The translations under genes were made by a program, and so were the position numbers. The notes under the pieces were generated by a model, which was not told where the DNA came from, ran no database searches, and was given only the letters and a program-made list of their open reading frames with translations. 34,064 nucleotides of DNA, taken from the IMG/VR virus record IMGVR_UViG_3300048861_000263, positions 1-34,064 of that record. One strand, written 5' to 3'. This document shows positions 26,348 through 34,064 of this stretch, piece by piece (position 1 is the stretch's first letter; the number at the start of each line of letters is the position of its first letter). Origin of the DNA: a virus (taxonomy: Duplodnaviria > Caudoviricetes).

Positions 26348-26715
26348 CAGTTCATCCTCTTCCTGCGTTCTTCATCAGTCGGCATGTGGCGGTCCGTCAG
26401 CACCTCAAGAAAATTCATTGCCCGGTCGTAATATCGATCGCCCTCGATCAGAAACAGGGGAGTCGCCGGGTGGTTCTGCTGCGCGAATTCCATGCCATGG
26501 ATGTATAGAAGCCGCGCGATCGACATGAACGACATAACGTCAACTGCGGACTTGCATCCCATATTTTCCGCCAGGGCCAGGCATTCCGAAATCTCGTTCT
26601 GCACATCCCGACCGTTCCGCGCCATGTCGATCAGGGAATGCAGAGCCGCGACTACGTCGACAGAGGATTTGAGTTCATTGAGGGGGGATTTGAAATTTCC
26701 GAGAGAGGATGTCAT
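26347..26715 (-). CDS. Hypothetical protein (122 aa)
   Basis: GGGAG RBS; coupled to the downstream ORF. Confidence 0.65.
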   Translation of the reverse strand: MTSSLGNFKSPLNELKSSVDVVAALHSLIDMARNGRDVQNEISECLALAENMGCKSAVDVMSFMSIARLLYIHGMEFAQQNHPATPLFLIEGDRYYDRAMNFLEVLTDRHMPTDEERRKRMN

Positions 26716-26746
26716 CTATATTGCTCCCGTGGAGATTGATGCCTCG

Positions 26747-26932
26747 ATGACAAACGACCGAAAGAACCTGCTGATCTGCATTTGCTTCGTGGTCTTTGCC
26801 GTCATCATGGCTGGGTTGACCTTGTTTCTGAGGCGCATGGGCCTCGACTTCGTAATGGGAGCGCTGTTTGGCGCGCTTTTAGTGTTAGGGTGTGTTGGCA
26901 TCATCTCGCGCGACTTCCGCAATCTATCGTGA
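26747..26932 (+). CDS. Small two-TM membrane protein (61 aa), candidate superinfection exclusion
   Basis: LLICICFVVFAVIMAGLTLFL and FVMGALFGALLVLGCVGII helices; GGAG upstream; converges on the ejection-like gene. Confidence 0.6.
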   Translation: MTNDRKNLLICICFVVFAVIMAGLTLFLRRMGLDFVMGALFGALLVLGCVGIISRDFRNLS

Positions 26933-28888
26933 CGTCTGGCGGGCACTCGCCGCCGTCATGGCGCTCACGAGAGCCTGAATCGTGGGGTCGGTGGTGGCAA
27001 CTTGCCCTCGGCGCAAAAGAGCCCGGACGATGGCGTCACGCTGCGCTCCTTGGGCCACCGATATGCGTCCCAGGTCGCTCGCGAATCTCGCGCCTGCCTG
27101 TTCCGCTCGCTCCTCCAAGGCAGTGCGAACGATCCCGTGAGCGGTGCGTAGTCCCAGACCAGTCAGTGTGGTGTCAGCGGGAATTTCGGCGGTTCTGGCA
27201 ACATCGCCCAGCATGTCGCCGAAGCGGGAAGCCATGGCGGTATCCGATCCTCGCGTCACACGATTTGCGGTGTCCGCAAACGTCTTCTCGCTTTCGAGGA
27301 CCTGGAATAGCCGGTCAGCCTTCTCCTGACCGAAAAGCGTCGCAAGTCGGGCTCGGTTCCAATCGCCTTCTCCCTTAATGAGCTGGTTCATTTTAGCGAC
27401 GTCGTTCGAGCTGGTACCGACGATCCGATCGATCTCCGCTCTTGCGCCCTGTGAGAGGCGCAGCGGCACCGCTGACGGTCCGATCTGCATACCTTGAGGC
27501 AAGGCGCCTTGCTGGACCTCCTGGGCAAGCTCTGCAGGGCGCGGAGCAGTCCTGCCGCTGTCGAGGACCTGCTGTCCACGTTGAACCGCGTCGTTTTGGC
27601 GCGCCAGCTCGGCATACATCGCGTCGGGTTCCTTGATCTGAGGCACCGCGCGAGTGAGCGCGTCGTCGAGCATCTGGCGGGCGTCGCCGAGAGCGCTGAT
27701 CGCCTTCGTGTTCTGCTCGTTCGACAGCAGGCCGTCGATCGCCTGACGGGTCTCGAACATGACACGCGGGTCGCTGGAGAGCTGGCCGGTCCCATTAATG
27801 TTCAGCATGCCACGGACCTGCCGCAACGCATTTTGCGCCGGTCCGCGAAGTCGGTTGATGTCGGCATCGAGAGAGTCGGCAATCGGCTGAAGGTCGTAAG
27901 GACGCGCAGCCTCAAAGGCCTGCCGATAAGAAGGACCGACCGCGAGCTGACTATCCGCGATGCCACCTTGAACTTGTGACGGAATGACGTTCGGTCCAAG
28001 GTTCTGGTCAATCGCCTGAGCAACCCGCGCGTTTGCGTTCGAGCTTCTGGCATCGAGAGCGCCGACAATTGCGTCACGCATTCCGGGCTGCGAGGCAGAG
28101 CCACGGGCGACGCCAAGCCACTCTGGCGAGACATCCGCCAGCATGGCATTGTTCCCTAGACGTGCGAGATTGTCGCGAAGAGCCGCAACTTTGCTCGGAT
28201 CGGATACACCCTCCAGATATCGCTGAGCGGGTCTGGATAGACCGGAAAGGGCATCGTCCACCGCTGGAGTAAGATAGCGAACAGTCGAACCGATGGCCTT
28301 GCCAATCAGCGGTCCCGTAAGGCCGGCGAATGCACCGAGTCCGGCTCCCAAGGCAGTTTGCTTTGGATCGAGGTCTGACCTGATGCCGCTGTCCGCCCCT
28401 CCAACTGCGGTCCCGCTGAGAAGGCTTGCGCCAATTTTCGCGACACGTGATCCCTGGCCGACACCAAATGCGCTCGGCGCCGCGAGCATTAGAGGAGCCG
28501 TACCAGCCACGCCGCCGACTACATTCAGGCCTGTATCCACATAAGGGTGCTGCTCGTGAAACGCCTGATCCTTGCCCTGTTGAATATTAAGCGCCTGTTG
28601 GTACCTGTCCGAGAACGTCGCACCTGGAAGCTTTTGATAGCTGTCCGGAAGCAGAGGATCTACGACAGGCGCCAGAAACGCGTTCGTCGCGGCGTCCACG
28701 TTGTTAAGGAGTCCGCCGACGATAGGAACTCCTGTCGCGACGGAGCGGGCAGCATTGTCAACATTGAGCGACCCATTTTGCTTGGGCGAGCCATCCGCCG
28801 GCACGAGCTGAAACCCGTCCGGGAGCGGAGGCGTGTTATTCTGCTGCAGGATAAAACCGGGCGGGAGTGGAGGAAGACTGTCTGCCAT
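26924..28888 (-). CDS. Large Ala/Gly/Gln-rich protein resembling a podophage DNA-ejection (internal virion) protein, 654 aa
   Basis: N-terminal PPLPPGF/PPLPDGF repeats, Gly-zipper hydrophobic segments, long helical body, no Cys; TAATG-coupled to the upstream gene. Confidence 0.6.
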   Translation of the reverse strand: MADSLPPLPPGFILQQNNTPPLPDGFQLVPADGSPKQNGSLNVDNAARSVATGVPIVGGLLNNVDAATNAFLAPVVDPLLPDSYQKLPGATFSDRYQQALNIQQGKDQAFHEQHPYVDTGLNVVGGVAGTAPLMLAAPSAFGVGQGSRVAKIGASLLSGTAVGGADSGIRSDLDPKQTALGAGLGAFAGLTGPLIGKAIGSTVRYLTPAVDDALSGLSRPAQRYLEGVSDPSKVAALRDNLARLGNNAMLADVSPEWLGVARGSASQPGMRDAIVGALDARSSNANARVAQAIDQNLGPNVIPSQVQGGIADSQLAVGPSYRQAFEAARPYDLQPIADSLDADINRLRGPAQNALRQVRGMLNINGTGQLSSDPRVMFETRQAIDGLLSNEQNTKAISALGDARQMLDDALTRAVPQIKEPDAMYAELARQNDAVQRGQQVLDSGRTAPRPAELAQEVQQGALPQGMQIGPSAVPLRLSQGARAEIDRIVGTSSNDVAKMNQLIKGEGDWNRARLATLFGQEKADRLFQVLESEKTFADTANRVTRGSDTAMASRFGDMLGDVARTAEIPADTTLTGLGLRTAHGIVRTALEERAEQAGARFASDLGRISVAQGAQRDAIVRALLRRGQVATTDPTIQALVSAMTAASARQTSR

Positions 28889-29331
28889 TACTGCGCCCTC
28901 ATCCATTGACCATTCCGAAGCTCAAGTGTTTCACCAGTGCGAGGATTGAATGCCTTCTGCGTCGGGGCACCTGACAGATCGGGCACATCGGCAACCGGGT
29001 TCAGCACGGGAATAACGTCTTCCGGGTTCATGCCGCGGCGCCCGACAATGCCTCGATACTGGTTGAGGTCGTTGTCGAGGGAATTGCGGTAATTGCCCAT
29101 GCGGCTGCGGGCTTCCGTCAGGATCGCCTTGCGGGTTGCAGGCTCCAGCTTCGAGCCGCCGTTGACGCTGTTGATTGCGCCCATCAGCCAGTCAGGAAGG
29201 CTCGACGTGTTGTTGACCATGACCATCTCGCCCTCGCGAACGACCGAGTTCGGGTCCATGATCTTGCCGAGACCATAGACGAGGTTCAAATCAGACGCCT
29301 TGCTGTCGGTCTTGGCCGTGTCCACCATGGA
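28888..29331 (-). pseudogene. C-terminal remnant of a second ejection-type protein
   Basis: SDLNLVYGLGKIMDPNSVVREGE motif and NPRTGETLELRNGQW terminus; 5' part missing. Confidence 0.55.
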
Positions 29332-30105
29332 CACGATACCCCTCGCAGATGAGATCCAACATCTCCTCGGCTTCCCGCTCGGACTCCGGGATCGGCAACG
29401 GCGCATCCGGATCATCGTCGCCATGAACTACGGCGAGATATCCGTTTTCCTGCCTGGGGTCGATTTTTCTGGAGGGGTCTGAATTGCTGATTTCGAGATC
29501 TGATTCAGCTACAGAGATATCACCATTAAGGTGTTCTTCCCTCTCCATACTAATAGCATCCACGGAGTTATATACGTAATTGCCTGCGATATCCGCAGAC
29601 CTGTCCCTGCGATTTCCGCAGACCCAAAAGCTGTTTAGGCCTGCGATTTCCGCAGGGGACATAGGGCCTGCTGAATCCGCAGACCCAACCCTGGCAGTTT
29701 GGCGCTTTGTCCGCTCCTTTTCCTTCTTTTCAGCCTCGAGCCTTTTCAGCGTTTCCCTGGCCGCCATCTGATGGTCAAGAACGATGTTTTCGCGGGAATT
29801 CGTTATCTTGTATTTGACCGCACCCGAGCCGGTCGTGCCATCGGGTTCGAAGTATTTGAGCTCAATGAGCTTTCGGCGCGCTCGAATGATTGCGCCTCAT
29901 GCAGGCTAGTTGCCACTTTCAGATGAATGATCGATAGGTAGGGCCTTGCCGATGCCTCGCCCATAAAATCGAGGTAAGCGCGAAGCACCTGCAAGCAGGC
30001 GCCGTCCGCCATAGGATCGGCGTTCACCGTATTTTCAAGCTGGATTTTCCATGTCGTGAAGCTGGTATTCTTCTTTTCTGTCTTCTTGGAACGAGCGGCC
30101 TTCAT
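29291..30105 (-). pseudogene. Satellite HTH replication initiator, frameshifted near 29897 and 3'-truncated near 29330
   Basis: PYLSIIHLKVATSLHE continues in another frame as AIIRARRKLIELKYFEP..GAVKYKI..HQMAARE, joining ORFs 29803-30105 and 29291-29767 into one winged-helix protein. Confidence 0.75.
29583..29685. repeat. Iterons, putative satellite origin
   Basis: CCTGCGATWTCCGCAG at 29583, 29606 and 29640, variant at 29667; AT-rich tract at about 29546-29581. Confidence 0.8.
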
Positions 30106-30356
30106 CGGCGGACCCCCAGTTCATCGTTGAGCGCCTGGATGAGGGCGCGAACGGCCTCGTCGGTCGAGAGAACAATACAGGTGTCGCGTCCCCGAGGATC
30201 TTCGGCTCGGATTACGATACTGTCGAACTTGTTGCGATAGACGGCAATCGATCGCTGTTCTTCAACGATGACCGACTCAACGTCGGCGCCCGTCCAATCA
30301 AACCGATCTCGGTCGTCTTGTTCAGCGTTTACAAAAAGAGGGAGGCTTGCCGTCAT
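30102..30356 (-). CDS. Hypothetical protein (84 aa)
   Basis: ATGA-coupled on both sides; starts MTASLPLF. Confidence 0.7.
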   Translation of the reverse strand: MTASLPLFVNAEQDDRDRFDWTGADVESVIVEEQRSIAVYRNKFDSIVIRAEDPRGRDTCIVLSTDEAVRALIQALNDELGVRR

Positions 30357-30532
30357 CCGAAGGCCCTCCGATTGATCCGATACTTCTGCGCCAGAGCGCA
30401 AGCATCGCATGCTTCCTTCGCAGAGAGCGAGAAGCGTTCGCGGATGGTGGGAACCGCCCTTGCGGGCGATTCCTTCTGCTCTGAAAGCCACATGGCGGCG
30501 GCAACGACGTTGGGTGAGGGTGCTTCGATCAT
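30353..30532 (-). CDS. Hypothetical protein (59 aa, not in ORF track)
   Basis: Hand-translated MIEAPSPNVVAAAMWLSEQKESPARAVPTIRERFSLSAKEACDACALAQKYRINRRAFG; ATGA overlaps at both ends. Confidence 0.75.
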   Translation of the reverse strand: MIEAPSPNVVAAAMWLSEQKESPARAVPTIRERFSLSAKEACDACALAQKYRINRRAFG

Positions 30533-30825
30533 GCGGCCCTCGCTTCGTCGCTGGCTTCGATGATCTGGATTTCCGACTTGAGAACATATCTCGCGTGCGT
30601 CCCGGCAAACGGGCCGCCGTGCTTCTCGTCGATCGTCTCGATGAGGAAGCCGAACTTGCGGAGCTTAAAGACGTAATGACTCCAGCGCGGGCCGGGAACG
30701 TCGATTGGAGTGCATCCGATGCCGCCAGCGTTGACGAGATTCCGAAGCGCCCAGGCGTCGCGGCCTACGACCTTGATCATATTTCCGTCCGGCAGGACAC
30801 GTGCGGTAATGGTGAGCTTGTTCAT
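30529..30825 (-). CDS. Winged-helix DNA-binding protein
   Basis: GPRWSHYVFKLRKFGFLIET..HARYVL wHTH pattern; GGGAGG RBS. Confidence 0.7.
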   Translation of the reverse strand: MNKLTITARVLPDGNMIKVVGRDAWALRNLVNAGGIGCTPIDVPGPRWSHYVFKLRKFGFLIETIDEKHGGPFAGTHARYVLKSEIQIIEASDEARAA

Positions 30826-31040
30826 CGTGCGCGACCTCCCAGGCCGTGAAGCTGGCAAATCGTCTTGGCATGCCAGAAAGACACGCGGCAGCGACGCATG
30901 ACGGAGCGGACCGCCAGCAATTCGGATTGATATTCGGGGGTGAATTCGGTAGAGTTCCAGATATCGAGCGGCTTGGCTGTTGCTACGATTTCTAGAACCC
31001 GGATGGCGCTCGCCCGCGCCGCCGGGTTTTTCGTTTTCAT
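30822..31040 (-). CDS. Hypothetical protein (72 aa)
   Basis: GGAGG RBS; coupled to the next gene. Confidence 0.65.
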   Translation of the reverse strand: MKTKNPAARASAIRVLEIVATAKPLDIWNSTEFTPEYQSELLAVRSVMRRCRVSFWHAKTICQLHGLGGRAR

Positions 31041-31051
31041 AGTTTACCCTC

Positions 31052-31246
31052 CTAGGCTGCACGCTGCTCTTTGGCGGTCTCGATGACGCCAATGATTTCA
31101 GACTGTGGCCAGCGGGGATGCGAACCAATGCGGATCGGCTTTGGCAATTTGCCATCCTGGAGATGGCGATAGAAAGTGGGGACGCTCATGCCGAGCGCCT
31201 GGGCGCTTTCGCGGACAGTGAGAAGCTTGTCTACGGTATTGGTCAT
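31052..31246 (-). CDS. alpA: AlpA-family regulator / recombination directionality factor
   Basis: LLTVRESAQALGMSVPTFYRHLQDGKLPKPIRIG..RWPQSEI. Confidence 0.88.
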   Translation of the reverse strand: MTNTVDKLLTVRESAQALGMSVPTFYRHLQDGKLPKPIRIGSHPRWPQSEIIGVIETAKEQRAA

Positions 31247-31373
31247 TGTCGCCTCGTTCAGTTGGCCGTTCTTTGAGAAGCGGCGCAATCGGTTGGAACG
31301 AGATGAGAATGATGATCCGTTGACCTGCTAATAAGTCATGGACCGGACGAAAAAGGTTGAAGGGTCTATTACC

Positions 31374-32210
31374 CTAAAGCCATTCAGGCACGAATTCGCC
31401 TTCTGAGCCATTGTTGAAACGCGTCAACAACTCGTCGACAGCTTCCCGCATAGAATGGACGAAATCCTCATCAGCAGGCTCTCCAGCGTCTTTCCAGGCT
31501 GCAGCGACGAACCAGAGAAACAGGTTATCGTCCGCACCCTTGCCGGGAAGTCGACCAGTCAATCCGATCCAAGCCTCCGCAAGTGCCAGGACGAAAGCCG
31601 CCTTGCCAGGCTTCCCCGGGTTCGGTCTATTCTGGACGAGCGTTTTTCCGCGATTGGCCGCATATGGTCCATACTGCTGAAGCAGCTCGTTTACCCGCAG
31701 CAATGCCCGAGCGTCGGCCGTGCTCAGGTTTATCATTTGCGGCACGTTGCCTTCCTCGGTTATGAAGTTGTGAAATGAGAACAGCGGTCGCGCGACATAG
31801 TGTTCGCCTTTTTCTGCCAGATCCTTCGATCCTAGGCCAGACAAGTGCTTGAGGAACTCCAAGAGTGAACCGCCAGCACGTTCGGCCATCGTCGCCGAAT
31901 TTTGCCAGTCCTCCGCGTAGTCTCCGTGCTTCAAAACCTGTTCGGCGTCCATTGCCATCCGTATGGCAACCTCCACGCTACGACGGATCAATCCCCTGAC
32001 AAAATCGTCGGGACGGGCCTGCCATCGGTCATGAAGGCGAATTCGCCGTCGCGGCTCTCTAAGTCGACTTAGAAGTTCATCGACAGCATATGGGACATGG
32101 AGATCGACGATAGCGTCTGGGACACCCTGCACTACAGCACCTCGCGATTTTGCATTGTCCGGCACGAAGGTTGATTGTGATGACCAAACCGGGTTCGAAT
32201 TTTCAATCAA
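31374..32210 (-). CDS. Hypothetical protein between int and alpA
   Basis: Long ORF; probable TTG start overlapping the int TGA; ORF track extends it to 32267. Confidence 0.7.
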   Translation of the reverse strand: MIENSNPVWSSQSTFVPDNAKSRGAVVQGVPDAIVDLHVPYAVDELLSRLREPRRRIRLHDRWQARPDDFVRGLIRRSVEVAIRMAMDAEQVLKHGDYAEDWQNSATMAERAGGSLLEFLKHLSGLGSKDLAEKGEHYVARPLFSFHNFITEEGNVPQMINLSTADARALLRVNELLQQYGPYAANRGKTLVQNRPNPGKPGKAAFVLALAEAWIGLTGRLPGKGADDNLFLWFVAAAWKDAGEPADEDFVHSMREAVDELLTRFNNGSEGEFVPEWL

Positions 32211-33403
32211 GCCTCGGCAATCAACTGAATGATCTGGGCGCCCTGCCCCGTTACGTGGAGCGCCCACTTCTCCAGAAGTTTGCGGCGCTGGTCGAGAAAA
32301 TCCGTTCGGCGATAGGCCCGCTCAACCTTCTGGCCAACGGTATGCCCTAATGTCGTCTCAGCAATATCGTGAGGGGTGTCTGTGGTCTCTGCGATCCAAT
32401 CCCGCAAGCTCGATCGAAAACCGTGGGGGCGAGCAGCGAGCTTGGCGCGCTCCATGTGCTTACCCATGGTCATGTCGGATATGACGCCCTTGCGGACGCT
32501 CGGGAAAAGGTAACCGCCGCGGGCCAGCTTCCTCGCCTGCTCGATGATTTCCATGGCTTCCGGAACGAGAGGAACGCGGAACGGAGGCGTCGCATCTTTT
32601 CTGCCCTTCATCGCCTCGCCAGGGATCGTCCAGACATCGCCCTCGATCTCGCCCTCGCAGATGTACCGCAGGGGGCCGGAGCGGACGCCGGTCAATATCA
32701 GCAGGCGGAGGGCAAGATGGGTGATGGTTCCGTCTGATAGCGTCGCATAAAATTCGGGAACGTCCTGCCAGGCCATGGCGGGAATGTTCGTGGCTTTGTG
32801 CCGCTGCTTGCCGAGCAACGCCCTCGCCTTCTCGGTCGCCTGAATATCCACGTCGAGCCCGAGTGCGGCGGCGTGCTTGATGCAGATGCTGAGGCGATTA
32901 AGCGCTTTCCGCGCCGTCTCGGCTTTTGAATGCCAGATCGGCGAGAGCGCATCGCGAATGTCAGTCTGATCGATCTCGGCAACGGGCATCTTGCCGAGTC
33001 TTGGGAGAACGTGCAGCTCAAGAGGCGTGAACCATCGGCCGGCCTTACCATCGCCCTTCAGCTCAGCTTTTCGGCTCTCGAAAGCGTCTTCGGCAACCTC
33101 CTTCAGGAGGTGGAGCTTTTTGGCTGCCTCTCGCTTCTGACGCTCGCGTTCCTTGATCGGATCAACATTCGTTCTGGTGACGGCGCGCCATTTGTCGGCC
33201 GCGTCGCGGGCTTCCTTCAATGAAACCTCGGAAGCAGAACCCAATCCCATCTCGCGCCGGCGCCCGTGGATAGTGACACGGAGTACCCATTGACCGCCTC
33301 CGTCTTCCCGTTTGACGAGCCACAAGCCCCCGCCGTCAGAGTGCTTGCCCGCAGGCGCATTTCTGACCTCAACTGCCGAGAGTTTGTTCAGCGGACGAGC
33401 CAA
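32207..33403 (-). CDS. int: P4-type tyrosine integrase
   Basis: Arm-binding domain GKHSDGGGLWL..RRREMGLG..SLKEAR; LTGVR, HGFRSS, LGH and RAY catalytic motifs. Confidence 0.96.
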   Translation of the reverse strand: MARPLNKLSAVEVRNAPAGKHSDGGGLWLVKREDGGGQWVLRVTIHGRRREMGLGSASEVSLKEARDAADKWRAVTRTNVDPIKERERQKREAAKKLHLLKEVAEDAFESRKAELKGDGKAGRWFTPLELHVLPRLGKMPVAEIDQTDIRDALSPIWHSKAETARKALNRLSICIKHAAALGLDVDIQATEKARALLGKQRHKATNIPAMAWQDVPEFYATLSDGTITHLALRLLILTGVRSGPLRYICEGEIEGDVWTIPGEAMKGRKDATPPFRVPLVPEAMEIIEQARKLARGGYLFPSVRKGVISDMTMGKHMERAKLAARPHGFRSSLRDWIAETTDTPHDIAETTLGHTVGQKVERAYRRTDFLDQRRKLLEKWALHVTGQGAQIIQLIAEA

Positions 33404-33408
33404 TTTCG

Positions 33409-33429
33409 ATCCACCCTTCTATCCACCTT
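33409..33429. repeat. Tandem integrase arm-type sites
   Basis: ATCCACCCT (33409) and ATCCACCTT (33421), 12-bp period, between int and att. Confidence 0.6.
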
Positions 33430-33556
33430 TGAGAGTGCGATACAATGAGAATGATCGATTTACAATGAACGAGAACGAAACAGGAAACAAGCCCGCGCCC
33501 AGGGGGCGTGAGAATATTTAAGAATGATCGATTTTCTATGATAATTCAATTAGATG

Positions 33557-33574
33557 CCGGCATGGGGCACCACT
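33557..33574 (+). repeat. att core, distal copy CCGGCATGGGGCACCACT
   Basis: Exact match to 111-128. Confidence 0.93.
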
Positions 33575-33854
33575 GCTCTCGCAGCAGCGATCTTTTCACC
33601 GCATATTCTTCCGCAATTCCCCCTCGCAAACCAGATCAAAGCTAAAAGACCCGACCGCGCCGAGGCGCTTTTGGCCGGGCCTTCTGCCATCTTCAGAGGG
33701 GGTGTGAGAGACGGCGCCTATCCTTGCACCGTCGGGGTAGGAACGGTCGATTGCCGAGCGTTCGGCAAGGCTAGCAAATGGCTAATATCCACCGCGCCGC
33801 GATCCGTCTTGGCACAGATCGACGCTCGGATGCGTCTTATCGGAACGATCCGCC

Positions 33855-34064
33855 TCAGGCGGCCAGGCGCTCGAACTGGGTCCGGACGTTGGCGATGTAA
33901 TATTCGCCGGGCGAGACGGCCTTGGCCATTTCGCGCACGATATCGCGCGGCACGCCGACGAACAGGCGTCGTTCGCCGTTCTTGAATTCCAGGCTCAGAT
34001 GCTGGCGCGACTTGTCGTATTGCATGGCGACGATGATGCGCGACTTGATGCGAATGTTTTCCAT
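33855..34064 (-). CDS. KTSC-domain protein (outside the element)
   Basis: SRIIVAMQYD..LSLEFKNG..FVGVP..AVSPGEYYIANVR. Confidence 0.8.
   Translation of the reverse strand: MENIRIKSRIIVAMQYDKSRQHLSLEFKNGERRLFVGVPRDIVREMAKAVSPGEYYIANVRTQFERLAA

Larger units (their letters stand above)
23100..33574 (-). mobile_element. Decayed phage-satellite-like (PICI/P4-type) island
   Basis: Unidirectional int-hyp-alpA-small ORFs-rep-virion-like genes-terS order ending at the att repeat; left boundary approximate. Confidence 0.75.

Noticed and set aside
26924-28888. Tape measure protein or polymorphic toxin
   Set aside because: No neighbouring tail or chaperone genes, no periodic aromatic repeats, and no recognisable toxin catalytic motif; not fully excluded without an HMM search
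33467-33481. LexA box upstream of the satellite integrase (GAAC-N7-AAAC)
   Set aside because: Mismatch in the second half-site and embedded in a repeat-rich att arm; chance or AlpA sites are more likely
33690-33800. Hairpins right of att (TTGCCGA/TCGGCAA) as a possible sRNA; ORF 33554-33985
   Set aside because: Short stems with no recognisable family, promoter or terminator; the ORF starts inside att and overlaps the KTSC gene antisense

Overview
GC-rich alphaproteobacterial (Rhizobiaceae-like) chromosomal window almost wholly occupied by a composite mobile region between tRNA-Leu(CAA) (42-126) and an 18-bp copy of its 3' end (33557-33574). The left part (about 130-23080) is a lambdoid prophage: int/xis, early-left accessory genes including its own beta-clamp, a cI/cro/cII switch, two DNA methyltransferases, an iteron-containing replication initiator, a NusG-type antiterminator, HNH, GNAT, cos, terS/terL, and HK97-type portal, protease and capsid. 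It stops just after the capsid gene, with no neck, tail or lysis genes. The right part (about 23100-33574, mostly minus strand) is a separate, decayed satellite-like island: P4-type integrase, AlpA, small coupled ORFs, a frameshifted HTH initiator with iterons, two genes resembling podophage DNA-ejection proteins, a small convergent membrane-protein gene, and a truncated terS. I found no internal att copy, so the two elements appear fused by deletion. Most interesting: (i) a satellite apparently carrying its own ejection proteins plus a SieA-positioned membrane gene; (ii) CCUCCUCCC-loop ('cuckoo'-type) hairpins heading the prophage leftward transcript; (iii) a LexA-boxed Zn-ribbon gene converging on cI; (iv) a structured RNA after the NusG gene. 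All protein calls come from motif recognition by eye; no database searches were run.
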